Source: an uncultured Actinomycetes bacterium (lineage in GTDB: Bacteria > Actinomycetota > Thermoleophilia > UBA2241). Taken from it: 64,000 nucleotides of DNA. The notes under the pieces are model-generated. The model was given only the letters and a program-made list of their open reading frames with translations, did no database searches and was not told the DNA's origin. The stretch lies in contig CAVPVX010000011.1 of assembly GCA_963709345.1 (NCBI GenBank), forward strand, positions 422,314 to 486,313, written 5' to 3'. Made by a program: the position numbers and the translations under genes. This document shows, piece after piece, positions 37,432 through 46,670 of the stretch. Each line of letters opens with the position of its first letter. Position 1 is the stretch's first letter.

Positions 37432-38889
37432 CGATGGTCTTCCGAAGCCGTGTCGTGGCTGGAGTTCCCGCCGTTTCCCAGCGCAGCTGGTGGCTGGAGG
37501 AGGCGCTGCGCGCCGACCCCGGCGAGCCCTGCCCGCCGTTGGCCGGCGACGTGACCGCCGACGTATGCGTCGTCGGCGGGGGCTTCGCCGGCCTCTGGAC
37601 CGCGTACGAACTCACCGAGCGCGCGCCGCAGTACGGCGTCGTGCTGATTGAGGCCGACGTCTGCGGCGCCGGTGGTAGCGGTGCCAACGGCGGGTTCTTC
37701 TCGCCGTCGTGGACCGCGCTGTCCAGCCTGTGCGCGGCGCTCGGCGAAGAGGGCGGCGTGGCCTACGCCGCCGCCCTCGCCGAGATGGTCGACGATCTCG
37801 ACGTGTGGATCGCGCGTCACGAGGCACACATCGACGCCTACCACGAGGGCATCCTGTACGCCCGGGCCGGCGAGTGGCAGCCCGGGCCCGACGACGAGAC
37901 CTTCCGGCTGCTCGAGAAGCACGGCTATGCCGACCGGCTGCGGCGCGTGGACGCCGCCACGGCGCGAGGCGTCGTCGACTCGCCTCGTTTTGTCGGTGGC
38001 GTGATCACGCCCGACCTCACGGTGATCCAGCCGGCCAAGCTCGCGCGCGAGTTGCGGCGCGTGTTGCTCGAGCGCGGCGTGCGCATCTTCGAGGGCACGC
38101 CGATGGACCGGGTCGAGGCAGGACGCCTGACCCGCGTCGTCGACGCCGGGCGGTGTTGTCAGCGCAGACAACGTGGTGCTCACGCACGGCGCCTGGGCGG
38201 CGCGGGAGCGGCATTTCCGCCGCGCCTTCGCCGTCTGCACGGACTTCATGGTCGTGACCGAGCCGATCCCGGAGCTCATCGAGAGGATCGGCTGGACGTC
38301 GCACAGGGGCGTGGCCGACCTGCGGGAGATGCTCTACTACCTGCGCCGCACCGCCGACGACCGCATCGCCATCGGCGGCGGCGCGATGGGGGTCGTTCGC
38401 GGCGACCGCATCCGCGGCCGCGTCCTCACCTCCGCGCGCCTGGCGGCTCAGGCCGCGCACGGTCTGGTCTGGCTGTTCCCGCAGCTCGAGGGCGTGCGTT
38501 TCGATGCCGCCTGGAGCGGGCCCATGGACATCACCGGCAAGGCGCTGCCGTTCTTCGAGTCGGCGCTGCGCGGCAGTGTCCACGCCGGCCTCGGCTTCTC
38601 CGGGCACGGCCTCACCGGCACAAGGCTCGGTGGCAAGATCCTCGCCTCTCTCGTGCTCGGCGCCGACGACGAGTGGAGCCGCATGCCGGTCGTCGGACCA
38701 CCGAGGGTGCACGTGCCTCCCGAGCCAGTCCGCTGGCCCCTCGTCCAGTCCGTGAGTCTGGCCTACGAGGCGAGTGATCGGGCGCACGAGCAGGGCCGCC
38801 GCCCCGGACTCGCGCCCCGCGCCGTCATGGCCGGGTACGGCGCGTACGCGGCGCTCGGCCGCGCGACCCACAGCGACCGGGATCGCTGA
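37428..38889 (+). CDS. FAD-dependent oxidoreductase (DAO/PuuB-like amine oxidase), frameshift near 38150
   Basis: DVCVVGGGFAGLWTA, GGSGANGG, IQPAKLAR, WSGP, GFSGHG across two frames. Confidence 0.88.
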
Positions 38890-39034
38890 CGCAGTTCTTC
38901 CGAACCGCGGCGTCCCGATTCGCACGGATGCTCGGCCTCGCGTCGCACTGAACGCCCGGATCATCCTTGCGAGTAGATTTCTCCGGATTTGGGTAACTCG
39001 AATTGCGAGATACTTAGAGCAAGCGAGGACCGAT

Positions 39035-39490
39035 ATGGACCACGTCTACTCCCCAGAAGACATCGTCGTAGCTGCCGGACGCCTCGATGTAGCCACCTCC
39101 GGACTCGTTGTCGCGCTTGCGCACGCAGTCGGTGTGAGCGTGCCGGAGTTCATCGCTCTGGAGCACCTGGGCAGCGACGGCTCTCTTGGTCCGAGCGGGC
39201 TGGCCCGGCGCCTGCAGATGACCACCGGCGCGATGACGGCGCTCCTCGACCGCCTTGAACGTGACGAGTACGTGCGGCGCGAGCCGCACCCCCACGACCG
39301 CCGCCGTGTGCTGCTCCGGCGTACGGCCAAGGCCGACGGAGACCTCAGCGAAGAGACGGCGAGGATCGCGGCAGAGGTCCTCGCGCTGGCCGGCGAGCTC
39401 TCGCCGGAGGAGCGCCGCGTCGTCGGCCGCTTCCTCGACGGCCTCACCGGGATCGCCGAACTCAACACTGCTGAGGCCTGCGAGCGATGA
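39035..39490 (+). CDS. MarR-family regulator
   Basis: LARRLQMTTGAMTALLDRLERDEYVRREPHPHDRRRV. Confidence 0.92.
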   Translation: MDHVYSPEDIVVAAGRLDVATSGLVVALAHAVGVSVPEFIALEHLGSDGSLGPSGLARRLQMTTGAMTALLDRLERDEYVRREPHPHDRRRVLLRRTAKADGDLSEETARIAAEVLALAGELSPEERRVVGRFLDGLTGIAELNTAEACER

Positions 39491-39551
39491 CCGGCCGGGC
39501 CACGACATCATCCTGTTGCACCACGACCCCCCGACGAGAAGGAGCGCGACC

Positions 39552-40364
39552 ATGAGTACCCCCTCTGAGAACGCAGCCGGCAGCTCGAACGCGGCTGAAG
39601 CACCCACCCCGGAGCGCGCGCAGCGCCTCGCGCGTCTTCGCATCTGGAACGTCGCCGTCGGCATCGTCCTCGCCCTCGAGGCGGTCGCCATCGCCTTGCT
39701 GACCAACAGTTTCTCACTGCCCGTCACGGCGACGTACATGACCGGTCCGCCCGGCAGCGAGTCCACCCTCACCGAGCTCTTCCAGTTGCCGCTGGGCTGG
39801 GGCATCTTCGCCTTCGTGGCGATCTCGGCTGCGGCGCTGTTCATCATCGCCTCGCCGGGAGTCTTCGAGTGGTACAAGCGCAACCTGCTCCAGGACCGCA
39901 ACTACGGGCGCTGGATCGAGTACTTCTTCAGCTCGAGCATCATGATCGTGCTCATCAGCATGATCACCGGTGTGAGCGACCTGGGCGCCCTCGTCGCGAT
40001 CTTCGGCGTCAACGCCAGCATGATCCTGTTCGGTCTGCTCATGGAGAAGTACGAGACGCCCGGCAAGGCCAGCTGGCTGTCGTTCTGGTTCGGCTCCTTC
40101 GCGGGCATCATCCCGTGGATCATCGTCGCTCTGTACGTGTGGAGCCCCGGCCTGACGGGCCCGGCTCCGCCCGGCTTCGTCTACGGCATCATCATCAGCC
40201 TCTTCCTCTTCTTCAACGTGTTCGCGATCAACATGTGGCTGCAGTACCACAAGGTCGGCAAATGGCGTGACTACCTGTTCGGCGAGAAGACGTACATCAT
40301 CCTCAGCCTGACGGCGAAGTCGCTGCTGGCCTGGTGGGTGTTCTCGGCGGTGCTCGCAAGTTGA
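39552..40364 (+). CDS. heR: Heliorhodopsin
   Basis: GPP loop, RWIEYFFSSSIM (counterion Glu), FGLLME, PPGFVY, LQY, GEKTYIILSLTAKSLLAW (retinal Lys); 7 TM. Confidence 0.95.
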   Translation: MSTPSENAAGSSNAAEAPTPERAQRLARLRIWNVAVGIVLALEAVAIALLTNSFSLPVTATYMTGPPGSESTLTELFQLPLGWGIFAFVAISAAALFIIASPGVFEWYKRNLLQDRNYGRWIEYFFSSSIMIVLISMITGVSDLGALVAIFGVNASMILFGLLMEKYETPGKASWLSFWFGSFAGIIPWIIVALYVWSPGLTGPAPPGFVYGIIISLFLFFNVFAINMWLQYHKVGKWRDYLFGEKTYIILSLTAKSLLAWWVFSAVLAS

Positions 40365-40537
40365 GTGGACGAAGCCGAGACGGAGGTCGAGGCTAAGGGC
40401 AAGACGCATGTCGAGGGGGCCGGCGGCGCGAGAGCGCCGCCGGCCCCCTCGTGCGCTCAGGGCTCCGATGGCCGTTGTATCCTGTGCGGAGCCTCGTGCG
40501 CGACTGCGCGAGAGGCTGCGAGCAGGGGGAGACGAAG

Positions 40538-41119
40538 GTGCCGGGCATCAGCGCGGGGGTACTTCTCTACCGATGGCACGCGGGCGCCGCCGGCCGCGCG
40601 CTCGAGGTCTTGCTCGTGCATCCCGGCGGCCCCTACTGGGCGAAGAAGGACGCCGGCGCCTGGAGCATCCCCAAGGGAGAGGCCGAGGCGGACGAACTCG
40701 GTGACCCGCTGCCCCAGCCTGCCGAGTCGTGGCGACGGCCTCCCAGGGTCAAGCCTCGTGTGGCCGCCGCGTCCGCCGGTCTGCTCGCCGTGGCACAACG
40801 CGAGTTCCGCGAGGAGACCGGCTTCGATCCGGATGCGTTGGCCGCGCCGGGCGCCGCGTATCTGCCGCTCGGCGGCGTCAAGCAGCGCGGCCACAAGCTG
40901 GTGTTCGTGTGGGCGCTCGAGGGCGACTGCGTCGCGATGGCCGTACGCGGCAACGAGTTCGAGATGGAGTGGCCGCCGCGCTCGGGACGCGTGGCGGCGT
41001 TCCCGGAGGTGGATCGCGCCGCCTGGTACGGTCTGGATGCGGCGCGCGACAAGCTCGTGACCGCCCAGCGCCGCTTTCTCGACGACCTCGCGGCGCGCGT
41101 CTCCGCGCCCTCGGCCTGA
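40538..41119 (+). CDS. Nudix hydrolase with insertion in the Nudix box
   Basis: SAGVLLYR, LVHPGGPYW, WSIPKGE...AQREFREETG, FPEVDR. Confidence 0.85.
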   Translation: MPGISAGVLLYRWHAGAAGRALEVLLVHPGGPYWAKKDAGAWSIPKGEAEADELGDPLPQPAESWRRPPRVKPRVAAASAGLLAVAQREFREETGFDPDALAAPGAAYLPLGGVKQRGHKLVFVWALEGDCVAMAVRGNEFEMEWPPRSGRVAAFPEVDRAAWYGLDAARDKLVTAQRRFLDDLAARVSAPSA

Positions 41120-41125
41120 GATACC

Positions 41126-42046
41126 TCAGGCGTCTGGCGGGCTCCCGCTTCCGGCGTCGTGGTGCGCTTCATCGCCGGTCGCTCCGACGCCCCGCGCTTC
41201 GCCACCGTCGTCGGCCCCGCCTCCGGCCGTGACGTCGGCGCCGCCGCCGTTCGCCCCCTTGGGCGCCACCACGTCCGGTCCGGGCAGCGACGGCAGGTGC
41301 GGCTTGCCGGCGATGAGGTCGAAGAACACGTCCCGCCATGCGTCCACGTGAGCGTTGATCCGCCTCTGGCGCCGCTCCGCGCGCGCCAGCCGCTTTGGCC
41401 GGTCCGCGTATCTCCGGTGCGCCCACGGCGAGTTGGGTCTGGCCAGCCGGACCGCCCCGACGATCCCCACGATGGGGACGAACAGGCCCAGGAGGCCGGT
41501 CCAGAGCTTGCCCTTGAGCAGGCAAAGGAGTGCCGGCAGAAGGTTGAAGCTCACGATCACGGCGATCGCGATACGGGTCGCGTCGCCTGAGGTGCCCGAC
41601 TTGCCGATGTCGCGGAACGGGTTGACGCCCATCACGATGAGGCCGGCCACGCAGACGACGACGATCACGGCGTCCACGGAGACGCGGCCCTCGGTGGTCC
41701 AGTACACGTCTTGGAGGTGCAGGATCAGGGCGAACTCGTCGAGCGTCAGAGCCACGCCTGCTCCGAAGATGAAGGCGAGTACCTGGGCGAGCAGGCCCGT
41801 CGGCTGGGCGGCGATGATCACGAAGCCGATGCCGGCCATGGTGATCACGCCGAACACCATGTGGTGGACGTGCGTGCCGCCCTCACTCTCGATGTCGTGG
41901 AACCACCAGCTCACCTTGGCGCGGATGAGTCGAGTGTTGATGCGCACAAAGAGGAAGGTGAGGAGCAGGCCCAGGAGGAAACCCGCCACGGCAGCGCGGG
42001 TGTCGCCCAGCCAGTGTTGGCCCACGGCCTGTGCCGCCACGTGCAT
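41126..42046 (-). CDS. Hypothetical integral membrane protein
   Basis: HVHHMVFG, LTLDEFALILHLQDVYW; multiple TM helices. Confidence 0.75.
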   Translation of the reverse strand: MHVAAQAVGQHWLGDTRAAVAGFLLGLLLTFLFVRINTRLIRAKVSWWFHDIESEGGTHVHHMVFGVITMAGIGFVIIAAQPTGLLAQVLAFIFGAGVALTLDEFALILHLQDVYWTTEGRVSVDAVIVVVCVAGLIVMGVNPFRDIGKSGTSGDATRIAIAVIVSFNLLPALLCLLKGKLWTGLLGLFVPIVGIVGAVRLARPNSPWAHRRYADRPKRLARAERRQRRINAHVDAWRDVFFDLIAGKPHLPSLPGPDVVAPKGANGGGADVTAGGGADDGGEARGVGATGDEAHHDAGSGSPPDA

Positions 42047-42049
42047 GCG

Positions 42050-43108
42050 TCAGATCCAGCCGCGCCGTCGAAACAGGAGGAACATGATGCCCACCGCGGC
42101 GACCTGGCTGGTGACGCCGAAGAGGAGAAACGCCGGCCAGCCTGTGATGCTGAGCACCAGCCACCCGAAGTTCATGCCGAAGAAGCCGGTGATCCAGGTG
42201 AGCGGCATGAAGATCGTCGCCACGATGGTCAGCCGTTTCATGATCTCGTTGAGCCGGTTCGACACCGTGGAGAGATAGACGTCCATCGCGCCGCTGAGAA
42301 GGTCTCGGTAGCTGTCCACCAGGTCGCTGATGCGGATGAGGTGGTCGTACACGTCCCGGTAGTACCGCTCCATGTCCGCGGTCATGCCGGGTATCGTGAC
42401 GATGCCGGCCGCGAGCCGTGCGAGCATGTCGCGCTCGGGCGTGATCACCTTGCGCCAGTCCACGAGCCGTCGTTTGAGTCTGAAAAGCTGCTGGAGTTGC
42501 GCGTCATCCGGCCGCCGCAGCACCCCGTCCTCGAGCTCGTCGATGCGGTCGTCCAGCGCGCTCAGACCGGGGAAGAAGCTGTCGGCGAGCGCGTCGAGCA
42601 CGAGGTAGAGCAGCATGGCTCCCTGGGCCGGCGGCGCCATCTCCCGGCCGGCGCGGTCGCGCAGGTCGTCGAAGGGCGGGCAACTGTCGCGGTGTACCGT
42701 GACGAGGAACTTTTCGCTGTAGAAACAATGGACTTCCACGAGCCCGTCCTCATCCTGGTTGGCGCCGTAGGCGACGAGGAGTACGAAGTCGTCAAAGCCC
42801 TCGAGCTTGGGACGCTGGCCGAAGTGCGCGGCGTCTTCGACCGCGAGGGGGTGGAACTCGAACACATCGGCCAGCAGCGCCAGGTCGGCACTCTCGGGTC
42901 TGTGCAGGTCGAGCCAGAAGAACTCGCTCTCGTCGAGGTGCGCCCTCACCCGCTCGGAATCGACTCGCTCGTGTGCTCCGCGCTCGTCAACGAGAAACGA
43001 TGCGGTCTCCGTGTGGTGGCTGGGTATCACGCAGTCTCCCGGGCTCGGGGTCGGCGGCACGGCGTCGCCGTCGCCGTCGCTGTTCCATTCGAGACCGGTG
43101 CGGTCCAT
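42050..43108 (-). CDS. corA: CorA-family Mg/Co transporter
   Basis: FHPLAVEDA, QRPK, TGFFGMNF signature, two C-terminal TM helices. Confidence 0.93.
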   Translation of the reverse strand: MDRTGLEWNSDGDGDAVPPTPSPGDCVIPSHHTETASFLVDERGAHERVDSERVRAHLDESEFFWLDLHRPESADLALLADVFEFHPLAVEDAAHFGQRPKLEGFDDFVLLVAYGANQDEDGLVEVHCFYSEKFLVTVHRDSCPPFDDLRDRAGREMAPPAQGAMLLYLVLDALADSFFPGLSALDDRIDELEDGVLRRPDDAQLQQLFRLKRRLVDWRKVITPERDMLARLAAGIVTIPGMTADMERYYRDVYDHLIRISDLVDSYRDLLSGAMDVYLSTVSNRLNEIMKRLTIVATIFMPLTWITGFFGMNFGWLVLSITGWPAFLLFGVTSQVAAVGIMFLLFRRRGWI

Positions 43109-43174
43109 TCCTAGGTGGACGGCGTCGAGAGCCGTCTTGCGTCAGGAAGGGAGGTGGTGAAGCCGCTCGCGCAG

Positions 43175-43317
43175 TCGACGCTTGCGCCGGAGTCATGTAT
43201 ACTTCCCGGCGCCATCAAGAGGGAGCTTGCGAGCACCCCACCCTGCGCCCATCGCTGGTCGACAGGGTCCATCACGAGAAAGGAGATCGTGAGGGCTCGC
43301 CGCTGGCGAGCCTTTTT
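43175..43317 (+). promoter_or_regulatory. Promoter and L20-leader-like attenuator of infC-rpmI-rplT
   Basis: TCGACG-N17-TATACT; ACCCTG/CAGGGT stem; terminator AGGGCTCGCC-GCT-GGCGAGCCTTTTT; upstream GCGAGC can pair with the terminator arm. Confidence 0.65.
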
Positions 43318-43321
43318 GCAT

Positions 43322-43879
43322 ATGGGCAGACCATTTTCTCCAAGAGACAGATTCATGCGCGACCGGGCGAACGAGCCCCGTACGCGTATCAACGACGGCA
43401 TCACGGTGTCGCAGGTTCGGCTGATCGACGAGAACGGCGAACAGATGGGCATCAAGCCGATCCGTTTCGCCCAGGACTACGCGGCGGACAAGGGTCTCGA
43501 CCTCGTCGAGGTCGCCGCGCAGGCCGATCCGCCGGTGTGCCGCATCATGAACTACAGCAAGTATCGCTACGAGCTCGAGCTCAAGGCGAAGCAGGCGCGT
43601 AAGCACCAGAGCCAGATCGTGATCAAGGAGATCAAGTTCCGCCCGAAGGTGGGCGTCCATGATTACGAGACCAAGAAGGGACACGTCGTCCGCTTCCTGG
43701 AGCACAAAGACAAGGTCAAGGTCACGATCATGTTCCGCGGTCGTGAAATGGTCCATCCCGAACGCGGCGAGCAGTTGCTCCTGCGTCTCGCGGAGGATGT
43801 CAAGGAGCTCGGCGTCATCGAGTCCATGCCGCTGCAAGACGGGCGCAACATGGTCATGATGCTGGCGCCGGTGAAGTAG
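43322..43879 (+). CDS. infC: Translation initiation factor IF-3
   Basis: [36 protein letters not shown]; start uncertain. Confidence 0.97.
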   Translation: MGRPFSPRDRFMRDRANEPRTRINDGITVSQVRLIDENGEQMGIKPIRFAQDYAADKGLDLVEVAAQADPPVCRIMNYSKYRYELELKAKQARKHQSQIVIKEIKFRPKVGVHDYETKKGHVVRFLEHKDKVKVTIMFRGREMVHPERGEQLLLRLAEDVKELGVIESMPLQDGRNMVMMLAPVK

Positions 43880-43894
43880 CGGGAGGAGGTGCGT

Positions 43895-44092
43895 ATGCCG
43901 AAGATGAAGACCCACAGCGCATCCAAGAAGCGCTTTCGCGTCACGGGCTCGGGCAAGCTTGTCCGCCGCCACGGGATGAAGAGCCACCTTCTGGAGCACA
44001 AGAGCTCCAAGCGCAAACGGGGTTTCCGCAAGGTGTACGACGTCAGCCAGGCCGATTCCAAGGGGATCAAGCGCCTGTTGGGGCTCCGCTGA
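43895..44092 (+). CDS. rpmI: 50S ribosomal protein L35
   Basis: [21 protein letters not shown]. Confidence 0.98.
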   Translation: MPKMKTHSASKKRFRVTGSGKLVRRHGMKSHLLEHKSSKRKRGFRKVYDVSQADSKGIKRLLGLR

Positions 44093-44167
44093 GCCTGCCA
44101 ATCTGAGTTTGCCGCCGGCCGGGCCGCGTAGTGGCCGCCGGCCGGTGAGTTCCAAGGAGTACGGACA

Positions 44168-44530
44168 ATGTCTCGAGTCAAACGTAGCGTCTCTGCGCGC
44201 AAGAAGCGGCGCAAGGTCCTTGAGCAGGCGAAGGGCTACCGCGCGACTAAGAACTCCAGCTACAAGCGCGCCAAGGAGCAGGTGCAGCGGAGCGGCCAGT
44301 ACGCTTACCGTGACCGCCGGGTGCGCAAGCGCGAGTTCCGTCGTCTCTGGATCATCCGCATCAACGCGGGCGCCCGAGACAACGGCCTCTCGTACAACCA
44401 GTTCATGCATGGGCTGCAGCTTGCGCAGATCGAGCTCGACCGCAAGATCCTCGCCGAGCTCGCCGTGAGCGACCCGCAGTACTTCGCCTCGCTCGTCGAC
44501 CAGGCGCGCGCAGCTCTCGAAGCGGCCTGA
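44168..44530 (+). CDS. rplT: 50S ribosomal protein L20
   Basis: MSRVKR...YAYRDRR...[14 protein letters not shown]. Confidence 0.98.
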   Translation: MSRVKRSVSARKKRRKVLEQAKGYRATKNSSYKRAKEQVQRSGQYAYRDRRVRKREFRRLWIIRINAGARDNGLSYNQFMHGLQLAQIELDRKILAELAVSDPQYFASLVDQARAALEAA

Positions 44531-44554
44531 GGCTGGGCAGGGGAGGCGAGTCGC

Positions 44555-45561
44555 TTGGGGTTTTCGGCGCACCACTGACCAGCTCGCAGAACGCGCTCGT
44601 CCGGCGAGCCGCGTCGCTGCGACAGCGCAAGTTCCGCGACCGTGAAGGCGCCTTCCTGGCGGAAGGCGCCGACGTGGTCGCGGCCGGACTCGCGGCCGGC
44701 CACCGGCCGCAGGTCGTATTCCTGCGCGAGGACGTCGCCGACGAGCTCGGCGAGCGACTCGGCCTGGCCGGCGAAGGCTCCGGCGCGGGCGCCGCGCCCG
44801 CAGCCGGTCCATCGGTCGGCGCCGTGCCGCGCGCGCCCGAGCCGTCGCCGAGCGTCTTTGTCGTGAACGACCGCGTCGCGGCCCGCGTCTCCACGCTGGA
44901 GACGCCGGCGGACGCGGTGGCCGTGTTCCCGCTGCCCGAGCGGCGGCCCGTCGCGTCGCTGCTCGGCCCCGGCTCCGGACCCAAGGCGGCGGCGGCGCGG
45001 CGCGCCGCCGGCGAGCCGGCTCCGGAGACCGCCCGGGGCGCTTCGCCGGCCGCCGGCCTGCTTCTCGTGTACGTCGACGGCGTGCAGGACCCAGGTAATC
45101 TCGGCACACTCGTCAGGGCGGCGGTCGCCTTCGGCGCCGGCGCGCTGATCACGTCGCCCGGCTGCGCCGATCTCTACGGGCCCAAGACCGTGCGCGCCGG
45201 CATGGGCGCCCTCTTCGGGCTGCGCCTGTTCCCCGACGTCCGGCTTGCCGACGTGCTCGACCAGGTCCCCGTCGACGAGGTATACGGGTTGTCCGCGCAT
45301 GAGGGAGCGCCGCTGGCCGATGGGGACCTGCGGCGCCCGGCGGTCCTCGTCGTGGGCGCCGAGCGCGCCGGTCTCTCGCGCGGCGTCCGGGCTCTGGTCA
45401 CGCGCCTCGTCACGATCCCTCTGGCCCCGGTCGCGGCCGGGAGCGTCGAGAGCCTGAACGCCGGCGTCGCCGGCGCCATCGCCCTCTACGAGTTCTCGCG
45501 CCGGCCGGCCGGCGCGTCCGACGACCCTCCGCGCTGCGCCGCGGCGCCCCAGGAAGGATGA
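44555..45561 (+). CDS. TrmH/SpoU-family RNA methyltransferase (indel near start)
   Basis: LTSSQNALV...FLAEG, VQDPGNLGTLVR, VVGAERAG, ESLNAGVA. Confidence 0.9.
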
Positions 45562-46655
45562 CCATGGACGACGCACGGCTGCAGGAGTTGAAGGAGCGCG
45601 CCCCCGCGCTCGCGGCGCTCTATCACACGGGCCGCGAGGCGATCCTCCGGGCCGCGGACGTCGCCGCTCTCGAGCAGGCGCGGGTGGCCATCCTCGGCCG
45701 CAAGAGCCCGCTGACCGAGATGCTCCGCTCCATCCCCAGACTCGACCCCGAGATGCGGCCGCTCTTCGGCAAGGCCTCCAACGAGGTGCGCCGCGAGTTC
45801 GAGGCCCTCGTGGAGGAGCGGGAGGCGGAGCTCAAGAGGGCGGCCCTCACGGAGTCTCTCCAGCACGAGCGCCTCGACGTCACGCTGCCCGGCCAGCCCT
45901 TCCCGGCCGGCCACGAACACCTCATCAGCCAGACGATGCGTGAGGTCGAGGACATCTTCATCGGCCTCGGCTACCGGATCGCCGAGGGCCCCGAGGTCGA
46001 GCTCGACTACTACAACTTCACGGCGCTCAACACGCCGCCGAGCCACCCCGCGCGCTCCGCTCACGACACCTTCTGGGTCGTCGAGCAGCGCGAGACCATG
46101 CCTGAGGCCGTCGTGGACGCCGACCGCGGCGTCCTGCTGCGCACCCACACCTCTCCCGTCCAGGTGCGCGTGATGGAGCAGCAGCAGCCGCCCGTCTACG
46201 TGGTCTGCCTCGGCAAGGTGTACCGGCGCGACTCGGACGCGACGCACACGCCGATGTTCCACCAGGTCGAGGGCCTCGTCGTCGACGAGGGCATCACGCT
46301 GGCCGACCTCAAGGGTACGGTGCATCACTTCACGCAGGAGTTCTTCGGCGGCGAGCGCGAGATCCGCGTGCGGCCGCACTTCTTCCCGTTCACCGAGCCC
46401 AGCATCGAGGTCGACGTGAGCTGCGAGCTCTGTGGCGGCAAGGGCTGCCGTTCGTGCAAGCACTCCGGCTGGCTGGAGATCATGGGTGCGGGGATGGTCG
46501 ACCCGGCTGTGTACAGCTTCGTCGACTACGACCCCGAGAAGGTCAGCGGCTTCGCCTTCGGCATGGGGGTGGAGCGCATGGCGATGCTCAAGCACGGCAT
46601 CCCCGACCTGCGCCTGTTCTACGACAACGACGTCCGCTTCCTGCGGCAGTTCTGA
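45558..46655 (+). CDS. pheS: Phenylalanine--tRNA ligase alpha subunit
   Basis: LLRTHTSPVQ, HTPMFHQVEG, FPFTEPS, GFAFGMGVER. Confidence 0.98.
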   Translation: MTMDDARLQELKERAPALAALYHTGREAILRAADVAALEQARVAILGRKSPLTEMLRSIPRLDPEMRPLFGKASNEVRREFEALVEEREAELKRAALTESLQHERLDVTLPGQPFPAGHEHLISQTMREVEDIFIGLGYRIAEGPEVELDYYNFTALNTPPSHPARSAHDTFWVVEQRETMPEAVVDADRGVLLRTHTSPVQVRVMEQQQPPVYVVCLGKVYRRDSDATHTPMFHQVEGLVVDEGITLADLKGTVHHFTQEFFGGEREIRVRPHFFPFTEPSIEVDVSCELCGGKGCRSCKHSGWLEIMGAGMVDPAVYSFVDYDPEKVSGFAFGMGVERMAMLKHGIPDLRLFYDNDVRFLRQF

Positions 46656-46670
46656 GAGGGGCGGATCACG

